64,000 bases of DNA. Origin: Octopus sinensis (taxonomy: Eukaryota). Position numbers and translations under genes: made by a program. The notes beneath the pieces were generated by a model. That model did not search any database. It was not told the origin of the DNA and saw only the letters and a list, made by a program, of their open reading frames with translations. The DNA is taken from positions 52,886,001-52,950,000 of the forward strand of contig NC_042999.1 in NCBI RefSeq assembly GCF_006345805.1, read 5' to 3'. Positions within the stretch are counted from its first letter, which is position 1; each line of letters starts with the position of its first letter. Shown here piece by piece: positions 42,420 through 56,377 of the stretch.

Positions 42420-43020
42420 AAACACTGTTTCATTTCAAATTGCTATATTGCATCTGCTCTAAGAATTTTCTGCAATCAACAAGACAACACCCTTCCATAA
42501 AGTGGAAGCCACCATTTTGGAGGATCGCCACATAACTATTCGGCAACTAGCCCAATATGTGAAGATAAGTGTAGGGACCGTGGAAAAAATCACTCACGAC
42601 CATTTTCATATACGGAAGTTATCTGCACGTTCGGATTCCCCCGATGCTCACACATTTTCAGAAGCAGGAACAAGTCAATTGCTCCCAGCAACGGCACTAC
42701 TGGCAATGTGCCAGGAAAACGGGGAGGGCTTCTTTCGGCAGTCCATCACTATGATCCTGAGACTAAAGTCCAGTAAAAGCAATGGAAACATGATAACACA
42801 CCATATCCAAAGACGTCTTATGTCTAGCCCTCACCAGGCAAGGTGATGCTCACAGTCTTTTGGGACCAGCGTGGAGTATTGATGATGGATTTTCTGGCAA
42901 AGGGCATCACAATTAACGGGGCATATTATATATCTTTGCTGCAGGAATTTCGGGACGCCATCAAAGCGTGGCATGCTGACCAAAGGAGTCCGCCTCCTCC
43001 AAGACAACAACCCACTTTAC
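42420..43020 (+). mobile_element. Mariner transposase pseudogene
   Basis: EDRHITIRQLA..KISVGTV..I.HDH..RKLSAR and KVMLTVFWDQRGVLMMDFL.KG.TING.YY; frameshifted. Confidence 0.9.
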
Positions 43021-43469
43021 AATGGCTTTTAAACTCCAAAAGTCTTTCATAACAGAATAAAGAATTATAAGTACAACTGAAATCATGGAAACAAAATGAA
43101 ACATGTTTTCTTTTTAATTGCAGGAAGTTAATGTCTTGAATAGAAAGTATCAATTTTTCTCGTTAGCAGAATCAATAAGATTTTGATAATGGAAATATAC
43201 GAAAGAGACAAAGCGTCTGGTCCTACTTGAAAAATTAGTCAACATGGTCACCTGTAAATTATTTTTTAATACACACACATACACACACACACACACACAG
43301 GTACGCCCATGTATATACATAGACATACATATACATATATACATATACATACACACATACATACATACACACACACACGTATATATAAAGAGAGATAGAT
43401 AGAGAGAAATGTCTCTCTCTATATATAAATACATATATTTTTCTTGCTCCAGTATGCTTTATCATCAGA

Positions 43470-45180
43470 GGACTGTTACAACGTAGTAACAGAACTAAAG
43501 TTACCTTCATGAGAGAACGCGTGGTATGCAATCAAGCCTATTGTATAGCACTCACCGAAACGCACTTAAAAGACGATGATGTACATGCAGAAATACACAT
43601 ACCAAAGCATGTGGTATTGTGAAACGATAGAAAAGACAGAAGCCATGGTGGAGTTGCAATGGATATCCGTGAAGACCTGACGCCTCCGATGTTTTTATCA
43701 CTCTCAAACTCGGTATGTGATACATTAATTGCACATATAAGACAGCTTGACATGGCTATATATATATATGTGTGTGTGTGTGAGTGTGTGTAATACTTAT
43801 CTCGAACCAGATTCGAAGACTGCCTTGCAAGAATAGAAATTTTAACCAAACCAAACTAGAACAGCACATAAGTGTACTCCTCATGGGGGACTTCAAACCG
43901 CCCGACGTGGAATGGCCTGAGGTCTTTTCCTCTCAAGAATTTCGCGATGTGAGCAAAGACAGGTGAAATACCTGTTCAACCTCACCAACAAGCTTTATAC
44001 ATCGAGCAAGGAATACTCCAATCATGCAGGACGAAGCAATATACATTTATAATGTAGCAGTGACACAGACGCTACTCTCGGATCACAACATAACAAAGCT
44101 GACTATGTATGAACCATAGAAATTTGCAGGCATGCAGCCTACGATTTATCCGATCTGAACTAGATTCATCTCATCTGAACTACTACAAAACAAACTGGAA
44201 ATCAATACAGAAAGAGATCATTAAACATGATTGGCCTCAATGTCCTTTTACACTTCACACGGACAAATGATTTAACGAATTCATGTCCACTATGCAAGGC
44301 ACATGCTATTGTGATTTCCTAGAGAGAGAGAAAAAAAAAAACAAGATTTCTAGAAGGAAAAAAGTTCTTATGATATAGCGTACAAAGAATGCAAACCACC
44401 TCAACAGAGAACTCAATTGCAGGGAAAAATCCCGATAGGAAACAGCAGTACTGGTGACTGAGAAACAGTTGAAACACTCCCATGAAAACGAAAGTATGAC
44501 AAAGAATCCCGTGTTATAGAAAATATATAATCAAACTTTAAAGCTGAAGTATGCCAAAGAAATTGGCTCTCTGCGCGTTGAAAGGTAGGGTCACTTCTCC
44601 AAAAAGATGGTTCTCTCATGGAAAACCAAATGAGGATAAGTGAAACACTGAACGAACAATTCAAATGCGTCTTCAACCCAGTTTTACGGCACATGCAAGT
44701 TAGCAAACCTGTAGAATTCTTTGCCACAACAGATGTAGAAATGGAATAACAATTGATTCCATGAACATCAAAGAAGAGAATGGCAATAAATGATATAGAG
44801 GCAAACTCAGCTGCTGGTCCTGATAGATTCCCATCAATCTTCCTCAAGACATGCAAACGAGTTCTTACAAAGCTATTGCAGCTTCTTTTTCAGAGTTTCC
44901 TTACAAATGTTAAGTTCCCGGACAAAAATGAAGAAGGAAAAAATATGCAGATGCTAAAGACTATAGGCCCATCTCTCTGACCTCACACATTGGCAAAGTC
45001 ATGGAACGAATAGTCCGAAGGAAGCTAGTTGCATTCTTTGAGGAGAATACCTTACTGACTGACATCCAGCAGGGTTTAGACTAAGTAAAACCTGCTTGAC
45101 ACAACGCTTGCAGCATTACGGCAGGATGTTAAAGCAGTTGCTAGCAACTCACATGTAGGCGTGATATATCTCGACTTTGT
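43470..45180 (+). mobile_element. Decayed CR1/L2-like LINE ORF2 (APE plus N-terminal RT)
   Basis: IALTETHL, MGDFKPPDVEW, SDH, NSAAGPDRFP, YRPISLTSHIGKVMERIV and VIYLDF motifs with stops and frameshifts. Confidence 0.9.
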
Positions 45181-45293
45181 AAAAGTAGGCTCGAAACATA
45201 AAAGACTTCTTCATAATCCCGAGTATCAAACTAATACACTTGCCTGTTCTTCATACACCTATGTTTGTTCTTTGTTTTTCCAACAATTGCAAC

Positions 45294-45406
<113 letters not shown>

Positions 45407-45829
45407 GGTTTGTTGCCAGGATAATGTGGCAGTCTCGGGAAATGGAAGAATGTTACTGTTATTCAGCCCCAAGGAACTGCGTTTTGATTTGACTACGCGA
45501 CACAAGCGTTCTGTGTCCTTAACCTTTCAAAGAGGGGAGATAAACACCTCCACCTAACAAAGCCAACAAATAGAGACTAGTTTCGTTATCAGTCGGGAGT
45601 AGCCTGGTTTTGCTAAATGTCACTGCTAATCCGCTGTAATATTTCTATTTTTGTAGATATTTACACACACACACACACATATGTAAAAGAAGAAGCAGGG
45701 ATATTTATATACATAAATATACATACATATATATATAAATACATACATACATACATACATACATACATACATACATACATACATACAGACAGACAGACAG
45801 ACAGACAGACTGACAGACAGACATATATT

Positions 45830-46095
45830 GGCCCCTCTCTTATTAACATTACACCAAAACACATTAAAACAGAAACATGCCACATAGTTTTCAAGACGTT
45901 TTTCTACAAATTCCTTCAAAAATTCCCGGGTATACCTCCAACACACAGATATATCTCCATAAACAATAACTCTTTCATCGAGTGTGCCATATCCGATTCC
46001 TGCTTTGAATGACTTCGCCAGGTGGTGCCATTAAGTTAGACATGGCCTGGGCCAATACTGGCCGAAACCTATCAAAGTATCAAAGTATCGAAGTA
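45830..46095 (+). mobile_element. LINE 3' end with (TATCAAAG)n tail
   Basis: GPSLIN..P...FK..L.KFL...P-like C-terminus followed by an octamer tandem tail. Confidence 0.6.
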
Positions 46096-47084
46096 TATAT
46101 ATATATATGATATAGGAGGTATTGGTATCCAGAAGACACAAGACGGCAGGTAAGGCCATGAAACTGCTACGGAAGGACAGAAATAATATGAGTGATGAGT
46201 CTAATGCGGGTCATGTGTATGTTAAATAAAATGAGATAACAGAGTCAACACTGTGTAGAATTATTAGGACATTTATAAAGAGAAGGGTAGTTTTACAACT
46301 CCTTTTCCAAAATAACTTCTCATACTGAACTCTATTATTCCCCTCTATTTAACTTTCTCACATCGTCTCTGATCAAGGAATATCCCTATTATCCCAGAAA
46401 AAGCTGTAAGACTACTTTTCTCTATGTAAATGTCCCAATTTTTACATTATATTTATATTTATGTGACATTAGTATATGTTCATCAAATTTAAAAAGATGT
46501 ACCTTTGGATGTTATATGTAGGCTTATCAATTTATTTTAGCAAATTCTCCTAAAATGAATTGGTAAGTCCACATATAACATCCACTTGTACATTTTTTCT
46601 TTTTTTGTCATGAAAATATACACATAACACATAAATGTAAATTTAATGTACAAATTTGTAATTTAATTATAGAGTATTAATTGAAACCGCTGTAAGAAGG
46701 AAAGACGACCAATTTGTTGTGAATAAACAATGAACTTCCTAACCTCCATTTTCTTTTCTTCTCTTAACAAGTGCGGCGTCCTGTACTGGTCAGTGCTACT
46801 TACGTTTATAGCACTGTCCAGTATAGGACGCCACACCTGGCTGGTAATTATATGTTACGATTCCGTATTACTGCTGTTTATATCTCGCTCAGAGATTTAA
46901 TACAGTATATATATATATATTTCTCTCCTTGATTCTCTCCTTGTTTTTTTTTTCTGTGTCTCTTTCTGTAGAAGAGCGTAGGCTCGAAACGTAAAATACT
47001 TTTTCTATTCCTGAGCGTTATATTAATGCATCTGTTTGTTTTGTACATCACATGTCTTCGTCTATTGTTTGTTTCGTAAATTCT

Positions 47085-47130
<46 letters not shown>

Positions 47131-48289
47131 ATATTTATATGCGTGCACACAGACACACATAATGACACATGTTAGTTGAAGGTTATCATCGTTTATATGG
47201 ACAATTTATAAGCAGTTACAGCAATTTTATGCCTCCGACGTAAACCCGAACATATAATATTCGGAAATCGCGAAATATCTGAAATAATAGAATTTAAAGT
47301 AAAACATGAGAAGCTTTTTTAATAATTCATTAAAATATTGTTGCTTCAATGAGCAGGTACAGAGCTATGATAGATAGCATTGCTAGCGCTTTAACATTGT
47401 TCAAGAAATCCATTTAATTACGCAATGTGTCGACTAAATTCCCAATTATCCAATTAGCAAGAAATCAATAGTATAAACTACTAAAATAATGAGTTAAATT
47501 AATTAAAACCAACAACCCACTCCATATATATATATACACATATATACACACACGTATACACAGACACATGTATGTGTGTGTGTGTGTGCGTGTGTGAATC
47601 TCTCACTAAATTGTGCGTTTCTTGTTGACTAACACGACTTCAGAGGTCAAAGCCATTTTACAACAATTATAAAAATGATGTTAAAAAGAAAAAGAAATAA
47701 AATTCAGGAAGAAGAAAACGAAATACATCAATTTTAACATGGCGACCTAATGTTTAACGGATATCATCTTAATAAAGGGGAGTCCGCTATCGATTGTTCT
47801 ATAGGATAAAAGTGAGGGAAACGAAGGGAGAGAACAGGAAGAGGGAGGCGAAACATAAAAGGATGAGGGGAGAGAGAAAGAAAACGAGGAAGAAATAAAG
47901 AAAAAAATAACGTGAGATCGTCTTTATATTTATTGAGGTCTGTTAAACTTAGCAAAATACGGAAACAGCCACGTGTTTATATATAAATATTCATAACCAC
48001 GCGCAGACACAGACACACACGCAATCACGTACGCACGCACACATACACACACACACACACACTTATTGAAATTTATGTCAAGTCATTCTTGCTTTATGCA
48101 AATTCTCCCTATGTATCATATATCCAGTATGACACGTTGCTTCTACAGTCTTCGTTGGAAGTGTTCGTTTATTGACGAAAGCATTTAAATGTATTTAAAT
48201 GTATCACTAAAATGGTGTGATCATTATAAACAGATTACCCAGCGATGTGATCACAGAAGTGCACACAAGCATGTATTCATATACATATC

Positions 48290-48672
48290 TCTTTTACTCT
48301 TTTACATGTTTCAGTCATTTGACTGTGGCCATGCTGGAGCACCGCCTTTAATCGAGCAAATCGACCCCGGGACTTACTCTTTGTAAGCCCAGTACTTATT
48401 CTATCGGTCTCTTTTGCCGAGCCGCTAAGTGACGGAGACGTAAACACACCAGCATCGGTTGTCAAGCAATGCTAGGGGGACAAACACAGACATACAAACA
48501 CATATACATATATACACATATATACGCCAGGCTTCTTTCAGTTTCCGTCTACCAAATTCACTCACAAGGCATTGGTCGGCCCGGGGCTATAGCAGAAGAC
48601 ACTTGGCCAAGATGCCACGCAGTGGGACTGAACCCGGACCCATGTGGCTGGTTAGCAAGCTACTTACCACAT
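48290..48672 (-). mobile_element. CORE-like tRNA SINE
   Basis: Reverse complement of 49024-49420. Confidence 0.9.
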
Positions 48673-49023
48673 AGCGAGGATTCATGAGAATCTAGGCGCA
48701 TCAAGAGGCAGGACATCAGAAATGGCCACGGAGGGTAACATAGACCCCACTGTGAAGCAAACAATATTGAACATATTATGTGCTGGTAGGATACGGTATA
48801 TATGCAAGCACTATGCTTGACCGCTAAATCTGCAGGATTTTTTTTTGTTCTCTCTCTGTTTTGTTTTGTTTTGTTTGTTCGCATTGCTTTCTATTCAAGA
48901 GCGTAGGGTCGAAACGTAAAACATTTTTTCCTTTTTCATTTTCACGATCGTCAAACATGCTTGCTGTTCATACACTTGTCTTCGTTTTTCTTTTTCAATA
49001 AATTTAATATATTTATGTATATC

Positions 49024-49180
49024 AGGAGTGGCTGTGTGGTAAGTAGCTTGCTAACCAACCACATGGTTCCGGGTTCAGTCCCACTGCGTGGCATCTTGGG
49101 CAAGTGTCTTCTGCTATAGCCCCGGGCCGACCAATGCCTTGTGAGTGGATTTGGTAGACGGAAACTGAAAGAAGCCTGTC

Positions 49181-49214
<34 letters not shown>

Positions 49215-49425
49215 TTGTGTGTCTGTGTTTGTCCCCTTAGCATTGCTTGACAACCGATGCTGGTATGTTTACGTCCCCGTCACTTAGCGGTTCGGCAAAA
49301 CAGACCGATAGAATAAGTACTGGGCTTACAAAGAATATGTCCCGGGGTCGATTTGCTCGACTAAAGGCGGTGCTCCAGCATGGCCGCAGTCAAATGACTG
49401 AAACAAGTAAAAGAGTAAAAGAGTA
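49024..49425 (+). mobile_element. CORE-like tRNA SINE, full length with AAAAGAGT tail repeats
   Basis: Matches 21626-21975; partial copies at 61940-62087 (-), 63640-63805 (+) and 59945-60065 (-). Confidence 0.92.
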
Positions 49426-49506
49426 AAGAGTAATATATACCAGAGTAAACACATAAATGTGAAAACAAGGTGGAGAAAAGAGTACTCAGATACCAGGGGT
49501 AGAGTA

Positions 49507-49670
49507 ATATGCTTTATTCAAAAGCAGCAGAAATTCAACAAAACCTGTCACTCGGATATTCATGTTCCCGCTCGTCGGACAGTTTTGTTAAAATTGAACC
49601 GACGAACGGGAACGTGAAACTCCGAGTAACAAGTTTTGTTGAATTTCTGCTACTTTTGAATAAAGTATAT
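49507..49670. repeat. Inverted repeat with HHR-like core
   Basis: Arms 49507-49578 and 49599-49670; CCGACGA-ACGGGAACGT-GAAACTCCGAGTA. Confidence 0.8.
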
Positions 49671-49994
49671 ATATATATATATATATATTATATATGCGTA
49701 TGCGTGTGTGTGTGTGTGTGTGTGTATGGATATACAGACATATATAGATAAATGCTTGTTTTTATGTCGGGTTACAATATATTACGTTAAAATTAAGGGC
49801 TGTTTAATACTTATTTTAGAGTATACGTTTCTAATTTCTACAAAAGAATAGAGTTGTCAGTGTTTTGAATGTTCCGGCCTGTCTAGACTTCAGTCTGATT
49901 CAGGCTAAACAGGCCGAAACTTCGAAATCACTCTCAACACTGTTTGGTTGAAAACAACAATGTATATATATATATATGTGTGTGTGTATATATA

Positions 49995-50052
49995 TATAGG
50001 CGTAGCAGTGGCTGTGTGCTAGATATCTGTCAGGTGCATATATATATATATA

Positions 50053-50117
<65 letters not shown>

Positions 50118-50990
50118 GTATATATACATATATAAATAAGTATTAAACAGCCGGTTGTCAAGCGATGTTGGGGGAGGGGGGCAAACACAACACACAAACA
50201 TACACATATATATATACATATATATGACGGGTTTCTTTCAGTTTCCGTCTACTTTGGTCGGCCCGAGGCTATAGCAGTAGACACTTGCCCAAGGTGCCAC
50301 GCAGTGTGACTGAACCCGGAACCATGTGGTTCATATGCAAGCTACTTACCACACAGCCACTCTTACGCCTATACATATATATATACTTGCCCAAGGTGCC
50401 ACGCAGTGTGACTGAACCCGGAACCATGTGGTTCATATGCAAGCTACTTACCACACAGCCACTCCTACTCCTATACATATATATATATATATATAGCCAC
50501 TCCTACGCCTATACATATATATATATATATATATATCTATATATATATATGTATAGGCGTAGGAGTGGCTGTGTGGTAAGTAGCTTGCATATGAACCACA
50601 TGGTTCCGGGTCATATATATATATATGTATAGGCGTAGGAGTGGCTGTGTGGTAAGTAGCTTGCATATGAACCACATGGTTCCGGGTTCAGTCACACTGC
50701 GTGGCACCTTGGGCAAGTGTCTTCTGCTATAGCCTCGGGCCGACCAAAGTAGACGGAAACTGAAAGAAACCCGTCATATATATGTATATATATATGTGTA
50801 TGTTTGTGTGTTGTGTTTGCCCCCCCCCCTCCCCCAACATCGCTTGACAGCCGATGCTAGTGTGTTTACGTCCCCGTAACTTAGAGGTTCGGCAAAAGAG
50901 ACTGATAGAATAAGTCCTGGGGTCGATTTCCTCGACTAAAGGCGTTGCTCCAGCATGGCCACAGTCAAATGACTGAAACAAGTAAATGAA
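49995..50990. repeat. Palindromic cluster of CORE-like SINE copies
   Basis: Minus copies 50150-50515 face plus copies 50550-50990, and the heads are reiterated. Confidence 0.9.
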
Positions 50991-51698
50991 AAAGGAAAAA
51001 ATATATCATACAGACACACACATAGATACGCGTATACAAACATACAAGTATATATATAGTACTTCAACATTAGATGTATTGAACTGTTATAACTAGCGGA
51101 AGTAAGAGGTAGTAAAAGATATAAAGATAAAATTTTATAAACGAGAAACGTGTGAATTTTTAAACATAACATCTTTCTGTGTTCCATAGTTTTAAAGTGT
51201 AAATAATCTTGTGATTGCATTTGATTATTATCGCATTTCCTTTATCGAGAAATAGTCTACTGGAAAGTAAAATTGGTATTGCCTTCTGGCAGCATAATTG
51301 CAAAGCTCTTCGTTTTCCGTTCATGGATTTGCCAATTTTACAATGCTCCACTGCATACTTTACACATTTGTTACATTTCTGATTTGCCCGTCGAATTCTG
51401 CTAATGAAGTTGAGTACAAAAATAATATAATTTTAAAGGAGCGTATACGTTCTAAAATATTTTTATTTTGAAGCCAATTACTTCCATAGTGAACGCATAT
51501 GTAACTACTTTACATTTATATACAATATTTTTGACCACTGTAAGAAATAGCTTATCACTTGGTTTCTGAGTACTACAGGATTTTCGGTTTAAAAAGATTT
51601 TTAAAACTGAAAGCTCTATGAACGCATATTGCATCCAACACCCGTTGCAGATACACAATATTTACAAGGTTCTGTATCCTCTGAGAGATATCTGTCAG

Positions 51699-51759
<61 letters not shown>

Positions 51760-51764
<5 letters not shown>

Positions 51765-52020
51765 AGTGATCACCGTGACCGACGCGCTTCGTATTGTCTT
51801 AGCCTTCAAATGACGCCACCCTGCTGGCTATGCGAGCAGGCCAACAGAAGAAAGAGTGAGAGAAAGTTGCGGCGAAAGAGTACAGCAGGGTTCGCCACCA
51901 CCCCCTGCCGGAGCCTCGTGGAGCTTTAGGTGTTTTCACTCAATAAACACTCACAACGCCCGGTCTGGGAATCGAAACCGCGAGTCCGCTGCACTAAACA
52001 CCGGGCCATTGCGCCTCCAC
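51760..52020 (-). mobile_element. Third-family tRNA SINE
   Basis: Head GTGGAGGCGCAATGGCCC..GGTTTCGATTCCCAGACC on the minus strand. Confidence 0.85.
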
Positions 52021-52039
52021 ACACACACACACACACACG

Positions 52040-52074
<35 letters not shown>

Positions 52075-54025
52075 CCTTTTACTTGCTTCTGTCATTTGAC
52101 TGCGGTCGAGCTGGAGCACCGCATTTAGTCGAGCAAATCGACCCCAGGACTTATTCTTTGTAAACCTATTACTTATTTTATGGCGATGTTGTGAACCTTG
52201 GCACTATGCAGCAGTGCTTCGTTCTGCTCTTTGTGTATATATATTTATATATATACACATGTTAATGTGTGTATTAAAGCAAATTATAAAAATCCTATTC
52301 CGCTTGTAAGGCACAATTTTCTTTGGCTGGCCTCCAGCCCTGTCATCTTTATTTGCGAATATAACCCAGGTTAATACAACACAGGGGGCATAATTTTGGC
52401 ATGCGTGTTGACAATTTATCTCCTCTAGATTCATTTAAAGCAAAATATTCTATTCCTGTCCATGAGATTACTCGCCTTGTTAAATGAATCAGAGTACAAC
52501 GGTTCGAATATAGCGAGTCTTGCGCTATGTCCCAACATGTTTAGGGACGTCTGTAGCGTTCTAGCATTTAAAACAATAGCAATTTTTATGTTTCAATCAT
52601 GACCGCATTCATGTGGGTGCAGTATCTCTGGTTCATAATTGTTATTATTATTACATCGCAAACCAGGGTGGCGAGATTTTCGGATCGTTAGCACGATGGG
52701 CAAAGTGTTTAACGGCATCTCATCCGTCCTTACGTTTGTAAGTTCAAATTATGCCAAGGTCGACTTTGCCTATCATCGTTTCGAGGTCGACGAATAGTGG
52801 ATCGCAATGTGGCAAGCTTGTAGAATCGCTGGAACGCCGGACGAAATTCTTAGCAGCATTTCGTCTGTCTTCACATTCTGATTTCAAATTCCACCGGGTT
52901 CAAGCTTTTGGGGGGTCGATAAAATAAGCACCTCCTCTCGAAATTGCTGACCTTGTGCCAAAATTTGAAACCAATATTCATTTACACAGATTGCTTACTG
53001 TATCTATAATCTGTTATACATCCAATACTAAAGTTTAAAATTGTTTTCCTTTTACCCTTCGAAGCTTCTTTCTCTCGTTATTAAATATTTTACTTTGACA
53101 CGGCCTGGATAATTGGCACCACCGACCAGCCAATCAATACTCCAGTTATAATAGTTATCTATTAAAGCTTACGTAATCATCGCTACTTAATATTCTACTT
53201 TTTGCCAGATTTAATTGTCAAATCTCCTTTCGTCGTAAATTTATGATTCCATCTGTATATTTCATTGAAACCAGGTTATTCCTCTTTATAGCATCTCCAT
53301 GATATTATTATATATTAACTATTTACTCTGCGAATTTTGCCCCCCTTCATGATTTGAGATATGCAAATTGCGTCAATACAATTTACCATTATATAAAATA
53401 TTTGATTTATCTCAACATTCCACACTTTCTTTTACTTACTGCTTTATATGCTACTTAAACAATTCTCCTTCATCAAACATAGCATACAGTTTTACATATA
53501 TTCATTCACATATATATATATACTCAGATGCATGTGTGCGTATATAGATATGCATTTGTGAGAGTGTGCGAATGAGTGTATGTACGTCTGTATCCATATC
53601 TTCTTTTCTATGCATCTACAAATTCGTCTCCATAAGTTTTCCATTTGATTTATCTTCCGTCTGTTAACTCTTCCGCTAGTTTTACCGTCGTTCTGATTCG
53701 AAATGTTCCGCCGAGCAGATATTCTATATCCGTGTATCACCTTAACAACCTTATGTTAATACTTCTTAGCTTTTGGCTCCGGTATTTATGTTTAAATAGT
53801 TTTCTTTAACTACTCTTAGACAATTGGTTACTGGCGAAAGTTCGAAATCATTTTCGTTTTGGATATTTTCTAATATAATAGACAGCTTTCGAACTGAGTT
53901 GTGTATACAGTTAATTTATTGGCACTGGGATTGTTTGTGGCTTGAATCTTCTTTATAACACAGCCACCAAGAAAATATGTATGTGGATATGTATCTTTCT
54001 CTCTGCGTACCTATCTATCTATCTT

Positions 54026-54068
<43 letters not shown>

Positions 54069-54113
54069 GTCTGTCTGTCTGTCTATCTATCTAGATAAAT
54101 GGATGGATAGATG

Positions 54114-54159
<46 letters not shown>

Positions 54160-54192
54160 CAGACAGCTCGGTAGCTAGCTAGCTTTATATAT

Positions 54193-54240
<48 letters not shown>

Positions 54241-54652
54241 GTTGTATACTGTCAACTCAACGTGACAGTCCCGTAAGGGAATTGCACCACCACCATTCAG
54301 CCCTAGGAAACATCGACGTTTTCTGTCGGCTTTGACACATTTTCTGTGTTCTTATATTTGCAAGGGGGGGGGGGGGCAATCACCCCCGCCAGCTGGGACT
54401 AGCACCTGAAGACATATGTTTCTGAGTGTATTGCTCGTCATCACTCCAGGGTGCAAGTCTCGCTCGCTGGAATCTTTATTAAAGGCACAATTGCCTGAAT
54501 GAACAGGGGGCATAACAATACAAAACAAGACATGGGGTACATGTAACAAAAATACAGAAAAGATGATATGAAATGAAATATTAACAATGAATTAAATGAA
54601 ATGGCTTACGAGCCCCCCAAAGCTCGCAGTTTCATTTACAATTACAGTTATT

Positions 54653-56020
54653 CTATCTGGGGTGTTCGTCACTAATATAAACGAGTAATTCATCCTGCTC
54701 TATAACGCCGGGTAAACTGTCATATCGAACGTAGTGCGCAATGCACACAGCTGTATTTGAAAACAAATTTATTAATTTATTTACCGTCTCTTTTTCCACT
54801 ATTACAGCCTTTATTTGGTTATCGTATATCCTCGGTTTCAATTTCACTCTCGTTAGATATTTTATTATCGCTAATTTTTTCTCAATTTTTTATCTTTTCG
54901 GTACAACTCTAAGATTTCTTCCTTTGGGTCTTCCTCATTCCTTCCATGTTTTCAGACATTCCTCCACTTTTCTGATCCATTTTTCCGTTTCCTCCCACGT
55001 TCGACCTTCACTCACTTCAGTTGTTTTATTTTTCCATTCGTGTGTTCGATCTTCTGTCTCGACGGCAGACTTTTTTGTTTGTTTTTTCTTTTTTTGGTCT
55101 TTGGGTGGTTATTTCACCCCTGTTCGCTTTCTATCCTCTTTTTATTCTATTCTCTCCTTTTCTTTCTCCTTCTCTAGCTCGTCGCAACTTTCCATATTAT
55201 CTGTTGTCATGATCTCTTCTCCCGCTAGTAGTTCTACATTCTCTCTTTCTAACTCCCCATGTCAAAGCTTTTATTCCTTCCACCAGGGTTATCGTATTCT
55301 CTTGTTTTTTTGAGGACACACATCCTTCATGCGCCCTCTGCTCTTACATTTATAACATACTGGAGGTCTCTCATCCACCACGATTCTCAGTCGTGTCTCT
55401 ACGGGGAACACCAACTCCTAGGAGATGTTGTACAAATCTGGCATGGTTATGTGGATTAAGGCTTCCACCGCATAACCCCACCAGTTTATTTCATTCGACC
55501 TTTCCACCTTGAATATATCCACGTCCTCCTTGCAGTTGTAAATTATTGCAGCTACTATACTTTCGGTATCAAGTCCCGATGGAATTTTGCTTATCCGCAC
55601 CCTCGCCGCACTTCTACCGCAATAAGTAGGAAGTAATACCCATTTATCTGATCTCAACGCTGTCGTTGCATTCCTTTTTTGCTTCATCTTCATTTTCGAA
55701 GCGAACTTCTACTGTTGCGCATTTTCTACCTCTATTGTAGATGGTAGTTCTTCCTTTTATTCCTTGTAAACATTTTTCAATCTCTTCTACTTCTGCCACT
55801 TTTATTCTTTTTGAGACCACACTCCATGTTCAGTATGTTATCGTTTTTCTCTTTGCTTTTTTAACTTCTGGTGTTGTAATCCTCAGACAGTCTCCTTCCT
55901 TTTTGAAGCTGCCATAGTATTTCCTCGGGTTTTCCTTCTCAATAATTTCTTCTTTTAACTGTAATGCGTCAGCAGACAGGCTTTTGCCTGCTGCTTTCGC
56001 ATAAGTCTGGGCTTACATAC
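54653..56020 (-). pseudogene. Disrupted Gag/ORF1-like protein with CCHC knuckle
   Basis: TYAKAA...VEVRFENEDEA / WVLLPTYCGRSAARVRISKIP...LRIVVDERPPVCYKCKSRGRMKDVC (Cx2Cx4[H>R]x4C). Confidence 0.8.
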
Positions 56021-56333
56021 CCAACAAAGAATTCAACGATTATAACGTTCAACACAAAGCAACAATTTTCAACAACAATAATCAACAAAATTCAACTCAC
56101 AACTGCAAATCTGAAAAACCGACACAAACACTTCCGCGTGACGTTATCATCTAGGGTAGGAAGTCTCGCTCGCAATGCCCTGAATGAAGAGGGGACATAA
56201 CAATACAATACAGCCTTTCTGTATTTTTGTTATATGTTATATGTACCCCATGTCTTGTATTGTATTGTTATGTCCTCTCTTCATTCAGGCCATTGTGCCT
56301 ATAATAAAGATTTCAGCGAGCGAGACTTGCACA

Positions 56334-56377
56334 CTGGACTGATGACGCGCAATGCACTCAGAAACATATGTCTTCAG
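56334..56377 (+). ncRNA. Type I hammerhead ribozyme motif
   Basis: CTGGA-CTGATGA-CGCGCAATGCACTCA-GAAAC-ATAT-GTC-TTCAG: intact core, GUC site, palindromic stem III; the mirror copy 54405-54450 (-) has GTGATGA. Confidence 0.72.
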
